A DNA stretch of 64,000 bases from a virus, in the IMG/VR virus record IMGVR_UViG_3300038451_000147, positions 1-64,000 of that record. One strand, written 5' to 3'. The notes beneath the pieces were generated by a model. It searched no databases. It had not been told where the DNA came from and saw nothing but the letters and a program-made list of their open reading frames with translations. The translations under genes and the position numbers were made by a program. Of this stretch, positions 40,868 to 51,484 are shown piece after piece; within the stretch, counting starts at the first letter, position 1, and each line of letters starts with the position of its first letter.

Positions 40868-41427
40868 CTACGTCTGGGTTAATAAGGTTGTCGGACTTGT
40901 CAGAATTTGCTCTCTTTGATGCTTCTTCTCAAGTCTCTTCCTTTCAGCTTCGACAACGAACCTATAGGCTAGAAGCAGTTCTCTTATCTCAAGAGCCGTC
41001 ATTTTAAGGGCTTCCTCTCTGGGAATGCCCAAAAGGTCTTGAAGCGTCTTCAGAACAGCATACTTGTCATACTTACCAAGTATGGTTTTGACTTCGTTTA
41101 GAGTCTCTTCGTCTTTGGTGTTGGTGACTCCTGTGACGGTGAGTTCTTTAAGAGTGATAAAAAACTGGTTTCATAGACGTTGAATCTCTGTAGTTCAACC
41201 CAAAGATGGAGAACCGTTTCTTTGTCTACCGCTTTCACAGCCTCTATAGACTCGAACTTAGGCTCGACTGTCCCATAGAAGACCATAATGGCTTGCTGTT
41301 CCACAAGTTTGTCCTTGTTAGACGCGATAAGCCTATCTACAAGACTGCCCTCTTCAAGATTGAAGCGTTTGATGGTATACTTCGTGCCTCTAACTGTTAC
41401 TTGCTTGGTTTCAGTAGTCACAAGCAT
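40868..41427 (-). CDS. Tail assembly chaperone (41098-41427) with -1 frameshift extension to 40868
   Basis: Slippery T TTT TTA at 41164-41158; the -1 frame is open for ~97 codons to TAG 40870-40868; lies between tail tube and tape measure. Confidence 0.8.
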
Positions 41428-41453
41428 TAGAAGGGTAAGAGACTATATAAAGA

Positions 41454-41774
41454 TTACTGGCCGAGTATCCTTCTTTCGTTCTCATCCAGTCGGTGTCTGA
41501 GGTCTTGGGCTTGCTCCTGATTCCTGAGATTCATGACCTCACTAGCGGCAGTTCCATACACGACATTCGGGTAAGGAGCGTCTCTAAGAATCCCTTGGAC
41601 ATCCGCGCCATTGAGGTTAACACCCCAAAGAGCGGCCACAACCCCTGTTAAGAACATCACTCCCATACTATCAGCGAATGCCGATGCCATGTCTAACCCT
41701 AGCAGAGAAAGCCCTGCAAACGACCCTATGAGTGCCAGTATCATAAGCCCCAAGATTCCCTTTTGTCCTATCAT
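41454..41774 (-). CDS. Membrane protein
   Basis: Two N-terminal TM segments. Confidence 0.6.
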   Translation of the reverse strand: MIGQKGILGLMILALIGSFAGLSLLGLDMASAFADSMGVMFLTGVVAALWGVNLNGADVQGILRDAPYPNVVYGTAASEVMNLRNQEQAQDLRHRLDENERRILGQ

Positions 41775-41824
41775 ACCTTGTGGATAGTCTGTAACCTTTA
41801 TAAACCTTTCTGGCTAACCGTCAA

Positions 41825-43048
41825 CTAGATAGTCTTCACGGCGGCTCCGGTGGCAGTCCAAGGCAGGTCTACGGCAACCCTGTCTGCAATTGGAAGGGTG
41901 AGGTCTATCTTGGGTAGCACCGCACCTGTGTAGTCTATTGCGACAGTGTAAGTCGGAGAAGTGGCACTTGGCAGACCTTCTTTCCCAAGGATGATACGAA
42001 TGGTCTGTTGGGCTAGACCGGACAGAGTGGTATCAAAATCAACAACATACACATCACCACTAGCATCTGGCGCAGGACTGAATGCGGCTGTCGTTATTGA
42101 GTGTGCGCCATTTGCTGTGATTGTCTGTTGTAAACCAGCCGCAGGGCCAGTAATGTAAGTCAGTATACCACCAATCAAAGCACTAGCAACGAAAGTCTGG
42201 GTAGTGTCGGCCAGCACTGTTGATGTAGTGCCAGTTGTAGTTGTGCTTTGAAGATTAGGAACGTAGCCCTCATAAGTCACATCAGAAAGGGTGGCAAAGG
42301 TGGCCGTCATATCACCATCGGCCTTGCGCGTCAGTGTAGGCATACTTCTGATGACATCTGTGCCAAACTGAGGCACACGCGACAGGTTGTTGGTGATAGT
42401 GCCAGTGAAGGTCAAGGTTTGTGGTGCAACGGTTGGCGAAGACTGTTGGTTAAATATGACGCTCTCTTGGGAGAAGTAGAACGGGACGTTGCCGGGGTCG
42501 CTTGGGAAGGTCACATAGGCAGGAAGCACTCGCATGATGTTTTGACACCAGTAGTCTACTCTAACCTCAAGTGCGGCATTCGTCTTGCCACTGATTGTCA
42601 CAGTGTTGGCAATTGCTCCTGTGACAGTGTAGACAGCACCAGTGTCGAAGTCCTTGATGATGAAAGCGTGGGAGATACCAGTCACAGGTGGTGAAAGAGA
42701 CCCGCCAGCCGGAGTTCCGATAGCGTTAATCATGTCCCACAAGATGCCTTGTGTATGGTCTCCACTTGTCCCACCACCAATGTTCTGTGGCCAGTAGGTT
42801 ATCGTGAACTCCACGTTTCGTTGGCCTTTCAAAAGATAGGCCGGGAAGGAAGTGCTACCGTCCATCCTGTAAACAAAGATGGGTTGCTTGTCTACCGTTC
42901 CTCTCATCTGTTGCACCGCGCCAACCCAATTGTATGCCTTTGGTGTGTTTATAGTTCCCGCAGGAGCCATACCATAATCTACCTCTGCAAGCCACCCTAC
43001 GGCGGCTCTCCATCCTGCCGCTACAAGCGGGAATGTGGTAACGCTCAT
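41825..43048 (-). CDS. Major tail tube protein with inserted accessory domain
   Basis: E..YG..P N-terminus, TITNNL.R and RKADG..T..F patterns; upstream of chaperone and tape measure. Confidence 0.7.
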   Translation of the reverse strand: MSVTTFPLVAAGWRAAVGWLAEVDYGMAPAGTINTPKAYNWVGAVQQMRGTVDKQPIFVYRMDGSTSFPAYLLKGQRNVEFTITYWPQNIGGGTSGDHTQGILWDMINAIGTPAGGSLSPPVTGISHAFIIKDFDTGAVYTVTGAIANTVTISGKTNAALEVRVDYWCQNIMRVLPAYVTFPSDPGNVPFYFSQESVIFNQQSSPTVAPQTLTFTGTITNNLSRVPQFGTDVIRSMPTLTRKADGDMTATFATLSDVTYEGYVPNLQSTTTTGTTSTVLADTTQTFVASALIGGILTYITGPAAGLQQTITANGAHSITTAAFSPAPDASGDVYVVDFDTTLSGLAQQTIRIILGKEGLPSATSPTYTVAIDYTGAVLPKIDLTLPIADRVAVDLPWTATGAAVKTI

Positions 43049-43088
43049 GACAAGGAGATTAATGTGCTAGGAGTATTTAAGGGTGTTG

Positions 43089-43541
43089 TCACAGAACGCA
43101 GGACATGAGCCAACCGTCCTCTTCAGGATTCGTGTAGTATTGAGGTATCTTCATATTGATGAAATAGCCGAGTTTCTCATACATACGGATGGCCGCCTCA
43201 TTGCTCTTCCGAACCTGAAGACAAGCCATAGGGATGTTCCTCTCTCTCATAGCTCTGTGAGCCTCATACATCAGTTTACACCCTATCTCTTGGCCCTTGT
43301 GCGCGGGGTCTACTGCGACAGAGATGACCAGACCCATACGAATGTAGTTAACTGTTTCCTCTCTACACATGACATAGCCTATCACCTTCCCATCCAATTT
43401 GGCCACATAGAACATATCCCCGAACTGGTTAAGATGATGCGTCCAGAAGGATGGCACATAGATTTCGGGCATACTGGCCGCATTGAGAGCCATCATAGCA
43501 GGAAGGTCTGTCCTAAGAGGGTGCTGGATTATGAGACTCAT
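43089..43541 (-). CDS. Ard1/RimI-like N-acetyltransferase
   Basis: ISVAVDP.HKGQEIG, LQVRKSNEAAIRMYEKLGY, YY...EDG.LM. Confidence 0.9.
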   Translation of the reverse strand: MSLIIQHPLRTDLPAMMALNAASMPEIYVPSFWTHHLNQFGDMFYVAKLDGKVIGYVMCREETVNYIRMGLVISVAVDPAHKGQEIGCKLMYEAHRAMRERNIPMACLQVRKSNEAAIRMYEKLGYFINMKIPQYYTNPEEDGWLMSCVL

Positions 43542-44242
43542 GAAAATAGCACCTGAAATATCTCAGTGGCTTTGGCCTCTCCAATACGTCTTCCAGATTG
43601 AAGTTTAAGAGTGGAAAGCATAAAGATAACATCTTCTTTGGAATATTGTAGTTTCCAATACAGACATATCTCATAGAAGCGTTGTCGAAGTGCTTTACCT
43701 GTTTCATGTCCAAAAGCGTCAAGAAGATATTCACGTTTCTTCTCTACAGACCAATCCCTACGGAAGCCCCTTCGCTCTGGGAACTCCTTCTTCTCCTTCG
43801 GCTTGCCCAACTTGAAGTTCTGATGAGTGAGATAGAGAGCCGTGTCTGCCTTGTCCATAGTGATAACAAGACCAACACCAAAAGCCCGGAACGCTGTAAG
43901 AGCCTCATAGAAGGACACCTTTCTCTCTGGATGGGCCACAAAGTAGTCGTCAAGACGCATCCACTTCTTGATAGTCCAGTCGTAGAATCCTAACCCTTCC
44001 AGAATGACGAAAGGCTCGTAAGCGTTCTTGTTGTTCGAGAGGTCTTTCAGTTGCTCGAAGATGCGGCCATCGTGAACAGATGCAAGAAAGTCCTTCAGTT
44101 CCTTCCTCTCATACATCCTGCTCTTCTCCACACCCTGAATGACGTTATCCGTTCCAATCTCTTCGGCCTTAACTATAACGACATCGGGCGGGAGCAAGCC
44201 CTTCAGAGTTTCGGCCTCTTGCTTGTTGATATACCAGACCAA
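43538..44242 (-). CDS. ERCC4 (XPF/Hef/Mus81) nuclease
   Basis: ERKELKDFLASVHDGRIFEQL, ILEG, C-terminal HhH-like IGEAKA. Confidence 0.85.
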   Translation of the reverse strand: MVWYINKQEAETLKGLLPPDVVIVKAEEIGTDNVIQGVEKSRMYERKELKDFLASVHDGRIFEQLKDLSNNKNAYEPFVILEGLGFYDWTIKKWMRLDDYFVAHPERKVSFYEALTAFRAFGVGLVITMDKADTALYLTHQNFKLGKPKEKKEFPERRGFRRDWSVEKKREYLLDAFGHETGKALRQRFYEICLYWKLQYSKEDVIFMLSTLKLQSGRRIGEAKATEIFQVLFS

Positions 44243-44628
44243 GGACTATCCCTTGCTCCTCTGCCTTAATAAAGATTTTAACTGTTTGAGGGTAGTGTCC
44301 TTGTCCCAACTCACGTTCCTTTTGATGGCTTTGTCATAACACATCTCACCCATTGGGAACGACATTCCAGTGACGCTCAGTGTGGCCAATTCCTTGCCGT
44401 TACAGAAAGCACAGAGTTTGCTGTCGAACTCTGGCACATTGCTCAACGGATTAGATGTTCCTTTCGTCATGATGACGCTAACCTTGTCCAAGTAGGATGA
44501 AGACACCAAATACACTCCTTGAGAAGTATATAGCGATTGGGTTCTCCATACATAGGTCTTACCTTTATCTCTGAACTCTGATGCAGTCCCAGATGGCAGA
44601 GATAGTTTATGTGGAGTTGAGCCTTATC

Positions 44629-44686
44629 CATGCCATACCCCTTGTCCACAACCTTTATAAACCTTCCTGCCATTGGGTTGACTATG
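44629..44686. promoter_or_regulatory. Symmetric bidirectional promoter
   Basis: Palindromic TTTATAAA (44654-44661) with an ATG 22 nt away on each strand, each preceded by GGGT. Confidence 0.7.
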
Positions 44687-45010
44687 GCCAAAAAGAAGCA
44701 GTATACGCTGGCAGACTTCCCAGAACTTCGAGAGTATGTCACTGAGCAGATACGGCTTCATGAGGCGGCTCGGAAGGTTTCTCTTCATCCTCAAGAGTCT
44801 CAAGGACAGCAATCCAGTCTAGAAATGTGATGCTTCCGTCTGCTTCGGTTCGATAGTAGGGCGGTTCACCAAGCGAGAACGGTAAGAAAGTCAGTTCGCC
44901 TTTGGCCTCTATCCCTTCCTCTGGGATGTCACAAATGAGTCCGTAATAGACCACCTTTACTGCCTTTCCCATGAATGCTTATTAAGCACACAACCTATAT
45001 AAACATTGCA

Positions 45011-46564
45011 ATGAGTAGTTCCAATGAGCGTCTTCTGAAGAGTCTGGAACAGGAGTTCGACAAAATTAAGGCGAAGGAACCCAAAGACGTTACTCTAGAC
45101 CTCAGTGACCCTATGACATTTGTTGAGAACTACGTCAAACTTCCAGAGAAAGCTCCACCAGAGCAGAAGACTTGGTTCGAGCAACGGCCTTGGCTTTCAG
45201 AAATCTACAGAGATGGGAACAAGAGAATTGTTATAGTGAAGGGCCGACAGATGGAAGTCTCCGAGTATGCCGTGAATATGCTGTTCTATTGGGCCGCAAA
45301 ATGGCCGGGGAAGTATATCTACGCCTCTTCGTCAGGTGACAAGGCAGATGTCTTCAGCCATGACCGCTACCAGAAGCAACTCTCTCGAAGCCCTACGCTC
45401 CAAGCCCTTGTGCGAGACGAAGCCGTTAGAAGGGTGCAATATGCGAAGTCCGAAGTCTACTTTATGACAGCCTATGAAGACACCAAGACTCTGAGAAGCA
45501 TTGACGCTGATGGCATCATCCTTGATGAGTTCCAAGACTACAGGGCCAACGCCATCCCCATCGCTGAAGAGGGTCTGGCTCACAGTCAACTCAAGAGGCT
45601 TTGGGTGATAGGAACTCCCTATCTCACAGGAACCAACTTCTCTAGTAAGTGGGACGAAAGCACAAAGAAGGAGTGGAACAAAGAGAAACAGATGTGGGAA
45701 GTAACCAACCCTAAGTCAGATGGGATGTGGCAAGGCTATCACATCAGTCAGGAGATGGCAGTAGGGGTATGGCTTACCCCAGAGGAGTTCGAGTATAGGA
45801 GAGCACACAAGCCAGCACAGGAGTTTGCGAATGAGTGTCTAGGATTATTCTATGCTGGACTCGGAAGACCGACAGACTACGGTTACATGAGTTCACTCTT
45901 CAGCCCGTCTTTAATGAAGGGCCAATTCGGAAAGGGTGAACTTCTGATTTCGGGTATAGATTGGGGTATCTCCAAGTCTAATACGGTCTTCTACTTGATT
46001 CGACCAAGACTTCTAGAGTTGCCAGACCTCTATACAATAGACACTCTTTATGTTGAAAAGGTAGACAATCCAGATATAACCAAACAGATTGCAAGAATCG
46101 CGCAACTCCTCACTACCTTTCCCACTGTAATCAATGTGCTAGACTACGGCACTGGTTTCGTGCAAAATCAGGAACTCTACAAACAGTTCGGAAACCGAGT
46201 GATACAGATAGAATTAGGCAGTGGAAAACTAGGCAAGCCCATAACGGTAGAGCAAACCGCCTTTGGCCCGATAGCCAAAGTCAACAGAACGTGGGCTATA
46301 GACACGGCTATGGATTACGTCACTAGACCAGACAGATTCAGATTTTACAACGAGACAGACAAAGGCACAAAGGACTGGATTATCAGAGACTTTTTGGCTG
46401 AATACCCTGAAACGAGCAAAACCACCGAAAAGAAGATTTGGATTCACAGTTCCGATGCCACAGACGACTGCCTCATCGCCTTCGTGAATGCTATGATTGG
46501 CTTCCAACTTCAGAAGTCGGCTAGTATGCCGGAGCGCGTGGAAGATATGATTAGTTTCGTGTGA
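45011..46564 (+). CDS. terL: Terminase large subunit (start revised to ATG45011)
   Basis: IVIVKGRQMEVS (Walker A variant), IILDEFQD, IGTP, GIDWG and DDCLIA nuclease motifs. Confidence 0.9.
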   Translation: MSSSNERLLKSLEQEFDKIKAKEPKDVTLDLSDPMTFVENYVKLPEKAPPEQKTWFEQRPWLSEIYRDGNKRIVIVKGRQMEVSEYAVNMLFYWAAKWPGKYIYASSSGDKADVFSHDRYQKQLSRSPTLQALVRDEAVRRVQYAKSEVYFMTAYEDTKTLRSIDADGIILDEFQDYRANAIPIAEEGLAHSQLKRLWVIGTPYLTGTNFSSKWDESTKKEWNKEKQMWEVTNPKSDGMWQGYHISQEMAVGVWLTPEEFEYRRAHKPAQEFANECLGLFYAGLGRPTDYGYMSSLFSPSLMKGQFGKGELLISGIDWGISKSNTVFYLIRPRLLELPDLYTIDTLYVEKVDNPDITKQIARIAQLLTTFPTVINVLDYGTGFVQNQELYKQFGNRVIQIELGSGKLGKPITVEQTAFGPIAKVNRTWAIDTAMDYVTRPDRFRFYNETDKGTKDWIIRDFLAEYPETSKTTEKKIWIHSSDATDDCLIAFVNAMIGFQLQKSASMPERVEDMISFV

Positions 46565-46596
46565 AGGGCTTAAATAGAGGAACTTCCTTATAAACT

Positions 46597-47685
46597 GTGA
46601 TGTCAGAAGACCAATGGCTACCAGACCTCTTCAATCCGGCTCAAGCCCCAGAGCCAGAGCCAAGTGAGCCATCTGAACCTGCTACACAGCCAACCGTGTC
46701 TGCCCCTTATGATACAATAGACGTTGCCTTGGACGGCTGGACTTACCGCCTTTGGAGACAATGGTTAGGACAGGACGAGCAAGAGCAAAGGAAGAATGTA
46801 GACCTACTCACCGATATATTCCAACAGTATGACCCTTCTGCAACATCGCTTCTGGAAGTGTCGAAGTCGCAACCGGATTCTCCCGACCCCTACTCATGGG
46901 TATTCCGCTTCGGTTTGTTTGGAGACCCTGCAAAAGTAACGGAAGCCATCGAAAACATTGACTCTCAACTCCTTAAGATAGCCGAAAACTTCAAGGTTAT
47001 AGCAGGAACAGCAAAGGCACTTGTGACAAGAATGGATGGGACGCAAGAGGCCGTTGAACTTCCGAAGGATTTGGTGGCCTCAGACATCGCTACTACTATG
47101 TATAGACTTCTCGACCTAGTTCAGACTGGCGGTGTTAAGGAGTCTCCTGAGACCGAATCAAGGGCTTCGGAACTCCGTCAAATCACATCTCCAGCATCCG
47201 GTGAGTATTGCACTATACACGGAAAGACAGGCGAAGAACATACCGATGAAGAAAGAGAGGCAGATATATGGGGAACAAAAGGAGAGGAAGAGAAGGCATG
47301 GACTCCCGACTACCAATATATCCCAAAGGCTCTCGCTGAAGAGGGACGATGGAACGAATGGGCAGATGAAGTAAAAGAGGCCATAAGCGGAATAGATAAA
47401 GTGGCTGAAGACGTAAAGATGCTGAGAACTACGAAAACTAGCACCCCTGAACAGACTATCAACACTCTTAACGCGGTCAAAGAGTTGGTTGAGACCACAA
47501 GAAGTTGGTTCTATGAAATCGCCACCCAAGTAGACCAAGAGCCTATCGGAGAGGAAGACAAAGCCCTTGCAGGTGAATTGAAACGGGTATTCAAAGACGA
47601 GACCATGAAGACGGTTTTCGACAACCTCTCGTCTATGATTGAGAAGGTCATCGCTGAGAAGCAGACAATGGTTATACCGAACTAG
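46597..47685 (+). CDS. Acidic modular protein
   Basis: CTIHGK..EEH module shared with the 11916-14162 protein. Confidence 0.65.
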   Translation: MMSEDQWLPDLFNPAQAPEPEPSEPSEPATQPTVSAPYDTIDVALDGWTYRLWRQWLGQDEQEQRKNVDLLTDIFQQYDPSATSLLEVSKSQPDSPDPYSWVFRFGLFGDPAKVTEAIENIDSQLLKIAENFKVIAGTAKALVTRMDGTQEAVELPKDLVASDIATTMYRLLDLVQTGGVKESPETESRASELRQITSPASGEYCTIHGKTGEEHTDEEREADIWGTKGEEEKAWTPDYQYIPKALAEEGRWNEWADEVKEAISGIDKVAEDVKMLRTTKTSTPEQTINTLNAVKELVETTRSWFYEIATQVDQEPIGEEDKALAGELKRVFKDETMKTVFDNLSSMIEKVIAEKQTMVIPN

Positions 47686-47719
47686 AATGCTTAAATACTA
47701 AGCCACATCTACTTCACTC

Positions 47720-48669
47720 ATGAGCCAAGAAGAAGAGTCTATCCCTCATGAAACACAGGTAATGGAAGTCATGCGGAACCTATTCTCCACAGAGTATGGG
47801 CTTGACGAAGAGGACAGAGACCTTGCCAACCGATTGGTTCAATACGGAAGCGACAAAACAGGACTAAGTGAGAAGGAGATAGCCGTCTTCATAAAGATGG
47901 GCATAATGGATAACGAGAAAGACCTTCTCGTTCCAGACCAGTTCTTCTTCAGGGGTCTGGTGCTTCCTTCCTTCTGGATGAAGTGTCTGCTTGCTTATCA
48001 TGGGATGATGGACTTTTCTAATAAAAGTGAGAACAATGAGAAAACTCAGACCAAATGACATCGTAACAGTCGTAGCAATCGCATCCGAACTTGTAGCAAT
48101 TTTACTCTTTCTGCTCCAAATATGGCTCTTGGGCGCAATCTATTGTTTCGCTTCTGTTGTAGCAATAGTCTTCCTAAACCACAATCTGAACGGAATCTAC
48201 AAAAAGGGAAGCACGATTAGATGGCTCGACTATCTGAGAATCAGAGACCTAATGGCTCACGGTCACAACTATGAAGCGGTCATTTACACCATGAAGGTAG
48301 CCTATGGGATGGATGAAGCGCAAATTCAAGCCCTAAAGCCAGAAGACCTAAATACTCTCATGGAGAAACTGAAGGTGAATAAAGAAAATGTCTAACTTCT
48401 ATGACGAACTGAATACCCTAGAATGGGAGAAGTATGTCTACGTCAAATGCTTAGTGTGTCACGGAGTCTACAGATACGGCATCTACGGTTTCCAAGAAGG
48501 TGGGATAAACTGCGTCCTCTGTGGAGCCGTCACTTGGAACCCCATCATCGTAGACAAGGAAGAATACCGGAAGTTCCTAGAAAAACAGAAGAACCCCTAC
48601 GGCCTACAGACTTTCCAGCAAAGGGTCTGGGGAACTGCACCCAACGATGAGCCTTATCAAAGACGTTAA
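47720..48669 (+). other. Three small ORFs (acidic, membrane, Zn finger)
   Basis: 47720-48058, 48027-48395 and 48388-48669, overlapping in tandem. Confidence 0.6.
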
Positions 48670-48675
48670 GACTAT

Positions 48676-48882
48676 CTAAGGAGTAGGAGCGACCTGTTCT
48701 TGCGTAGTAAGATACGCGACTACTGCCCCTGCAATAGCCGCTACGAAAATAACAACCGCGCCCTCTGTAGTCAGGTCAGGGATGTATTTAGGGAGTATTG
48801 CCGTAATAAGGGCAGATGCCGCACTTACCACTGCGATGATTAGAGCAAGCACTGATTTGCTTACCGTAAGGATTGTGGTCAT
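48676..48882 (-). CDS. Small two-TM protein (holin-like size)
   Basis: 68 aa with two TM helices. Confidence 0.5.
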   Translation of the reverse strand: MTTILTVSKSVLALIIAVVSAASALITAILPKYIPDLTTEGAVVIFVAAIAGAVVAYLTTQEQVAPTP

Positions 48883-49289
48883 ACCTTCTTCTTAGACTTC
48901 TGCCCCTTATAAGCCTTCTTCTTCGGAAGGTAACTAGGAATGTTCATCAGTTCCTTTGGAAGCAAGCCTCTCTCAATCATCTCCTCAACGTGGATGATAC
49001 AAGCGATGTTCCAAGCGGAAGCGGCCAAATGGTCTTCGTCCCTCAAACCCTCTCTATACTCATTGAGATGGCGTATCGCACTGTCAAGAAATCTTCCAAT
49101 GGGTATCCCTTTCTCCCAATTGCGGTCTCCATACTTGACAGCCCCGTTCTCATAGTGTCTAGCCAGTCTACGAAGGAAGATAGGGCTTATGAGGTCGAAC
49201 CTTCCCTTTCCCTGTTGGATGTCCCGCACCGCACCTGTCTTGAACTTCTGCCTTGTTCCACTGTCCTTGACTTTCTTGTAGTCCATCAT
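48879..49289 (-). CDS. dATP/dGTP diphosphohydrolase domain protein (DUF5664-like)
   Basis: GAVRD...GKGRFDLI, GAVKYGDRNWEKG, RHL, EDHLAA.AWN. Confidence 0.85.
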   Translation of the reverse strand: MMDYKKVKDSGTRQKFKTGAVRDIQQGKGRFDLISPIFLRRLARHYENGAVKYGDRNWEKGIPIGRFLDSAIRHLNEYREGLRDEDHLAASAWNIACIIHVEEMIERGLLPKELMNIPSYLPKKKAYKGQKSKKKV

Positions 49290-49783
49290 TTCCTCTTCAT
49301 CACTTTCGATTGGTTGAAGGAATGGATGAACTCATCAACACTGGTGAAGATTGCTGTTGCATGATACACCAACCAAGGATGTCCCATTTTAGTCCTATCT
49401 TCTATTATGAGATAGGTCGGATGCTTGACAACGTGACTATTGTAGAAGACTTCCATCGGGGTTCCAACAGAAATCTTATCGGTAAAGAAGGCTAACACAC
49501 CATCTGCCCTTCTTATGATTTTGAGGTCGCGCTCCACCACTTCCTTTGGGATATTGGTTGCCAGACCCCATGTTGAAATCCACTTTTGGCGTTCCTCTTT
49601 GTCCTTGAACTTCTTGTCCTGAGACAACCTATCGAACTTCTTCACATCATGCCTACCTTCTACATCATAAAAGGGATTGACTAGATTCAATCCTGTCTTC
49701 CTTTCTATCTTCTTCTCTTCTATACGGAGCCGAAGTCTGTCTCCAAACGGGTGCGCCATGTAGTAACTAAGCATGGATTTCAC
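49286..49783 (-). CDS. Nucleoside 2-deoxyribosyltransferase / dNMP N-glycosidase family
   Basis: YYMAHPF, NPF, DLKIIRRADGVLA, SVGTPMEVFY. Confidence 0.8.
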   Translation of the reverse strand: MKSMLSYYMAHPFGDRLRLRIEEKKIERKTGLNLVNPFYDVEGRHDVKKFDRLSQDKKFKDKEERQKWISTWGLATNIPKEVVERDLKIIRRADGVLAFFTDKISVGTPMEVFYNSHVVKHPTYLIIEDRTKMGHPWLVYHATAIFTSVDEFIHSFNQSKVMKRK

Positions 49784-49899
49784 CCCTGATTATCTCAAAG
49801 ACCTCATCCTGAGAGACCATCGTAATGGGGCCAGCGTATCCTTGAACCATATATCCAGTCAACTTCCTGATACAGTTAATAAGGATTTCGGCCTCTTCC

Positions 49900-50193
49900 T
49901 CAGTCAAAGACTTCACCATTTTCATGGCACTTCACGTTCTCATAACGAGCAACCACCTTCCTATAGAACTCCTGTTGAACAGCCGCTAAGATACCCATCA
50001 TCTCATTTAGAGTCTTATAGTTGCGTGGTAGAAACTCTGTCTCCTTGTAGACCTCAAGAAGCACTCGCGTTAGAGCATAGTTGGTCATACCCTCTCTACT
50101 TACATCCATAGAGACCAAATTGTTGATTTTATCGGCCAACATCCGAATGTTGTCATCCAATTCTCTTCGTTGCTTTTGTTTGATGTAAGGCAT
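49900..50193 (-). CDS. Conserved phage hypothetical protein
   Basis: MPYIK...NY..TR...EFYR..VA.YE..K..ENGEV pattern. Confidence 0.65.
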   Translation of the reverse strand: MPYIKQKQRRELDDNIRMLADKINNLVSMDVSREGMTNYALTRVLLEVYKETEFLPRNYKTLNEMMGILAAVQQEFYRKVVARYENVKCHENGEVFD

Positions 50194-50922
50194 ACCAACC
50201 CCTTGCTCTCAACTCTATTTAAGGATTCTACGATTTAGACCTTGAAACCTTTATATAGTCCAAGACGCTAGAGTAGTCTTAATGACTACAGAATGGAAGA
50301 AACTTCAATCGGTTGGCCACGCCACCACTCGCATTACTCACATCAGAGCCGACCTCATCAGAGACCTCTTGCCCAACGCTTCTGCTAAAACCATCATCGG
50401 TGGTAAGTGGACGTTTGACAGTGACAAGAAGGTTCTGGTTCTCGAAATCAAAGAGTTCTCTGAATGGCCGCCAAAAGAGTGAGAGTAGATGTCTGAAGAT
50501 AAAGAGGAAGAGAATGATGGAAAAGGCCGTCATTACAAGCCTCAAGAACGGACTCTCTTCCTTGATATAGAGGGTCTCGACCTCAACACCCCAGAAGGGC
50601 AGGATGAGATGCTGAAACGGTTGCAGATTCTCATAGCCACAACAAACCACAATGCTCTAGACCTGAAAGCCTTTGCCACCCTCAAGGATACCGTCAGGAT
50701 TAAAACCGACCTCAATGTTCTAAGACTCTTCACCCAAATGAAGAAGAAAATGGACGAATGGGAGACCGCACAGATAGCCAAGAATCCTTAAATAGCCTAG
50801 AAACGTAGGTGGTTGACTATGGGAGAAAAAGAAGGAAAGCGGTACTACTTTTGGAGAACGGTGACAGGAACGATTTCTGCTGTAGGCACAATAATCATCC
50901 TGCTAAAGGTCTTTAATCTGAT

Positions 50923-51426
50923 TTAGGCTTCGTTGAGGAAAGGAACTCCCATCTCATCCTTATCCTTGTCTTCGTCTGAAGGCTCAAGTTCATATTCCTC
51001 TGAGGTCTCGTCTGCCGGATTGCCTTTGTGCTTCTCGGACTCGTAGGTGTCTCCTAATTCGGCTTGAGTCTCTGGTTCTCGCACCATCTTCTCTCCCTCT
51101 TCGGTTGCGACATAGCCGCCATACTCGGTCTCGACTATCAGTCCTTGGTCTACCAGACTCTTGAGGGCTGGCTTGACCTTCGTTGTTCCTTCCTTCACCG
51201 CGTCCATAATGGCATCATGCAGTTCAGAATCCTTCTCCTGAATCTCAAAGGCGATGTCAGCCATACTTGCTGGCCCACCATATTCCTCTTTGTAATGGGC
51301 TACCTGAAAGAGAACTTCGGCCTCTATATCTAACTCTCCACTGTCCAAAGCCGTTTCTGGGGCCGTCTCAGGCTCTTCTACTGGCTCTGGATTCGGCTCA
51401 GTCTCAGAGTCGGTTGCTATAGCCAT
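50923..51426 (-). CDS. Acidic protein with winged-helix-like core
   Basis: ALKSLVDQGLIVETEYGGYVATEEG. Confidence 0.6.
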   Translation of the reverse strand: MAIATDSETEPNPEPVEEPETAPETALDSGELDIEAEVLFQVAHYKEEYGGPASMADIAFEIQEKDSELHDAIMDAVKEGTTKVKPALKSLVDQGLIVETEYGGYVATEEGEKMVREPETQAELGDTYESEKHKGNPADETSEEYELEPSDEDKDKDEMGVPFLNEA

Positions 51427-51484
51427 AGGATAGGAAAGGGGCTAGGAGTATTTAAATATAGCGACTTGCTCTATCTACTATAGT

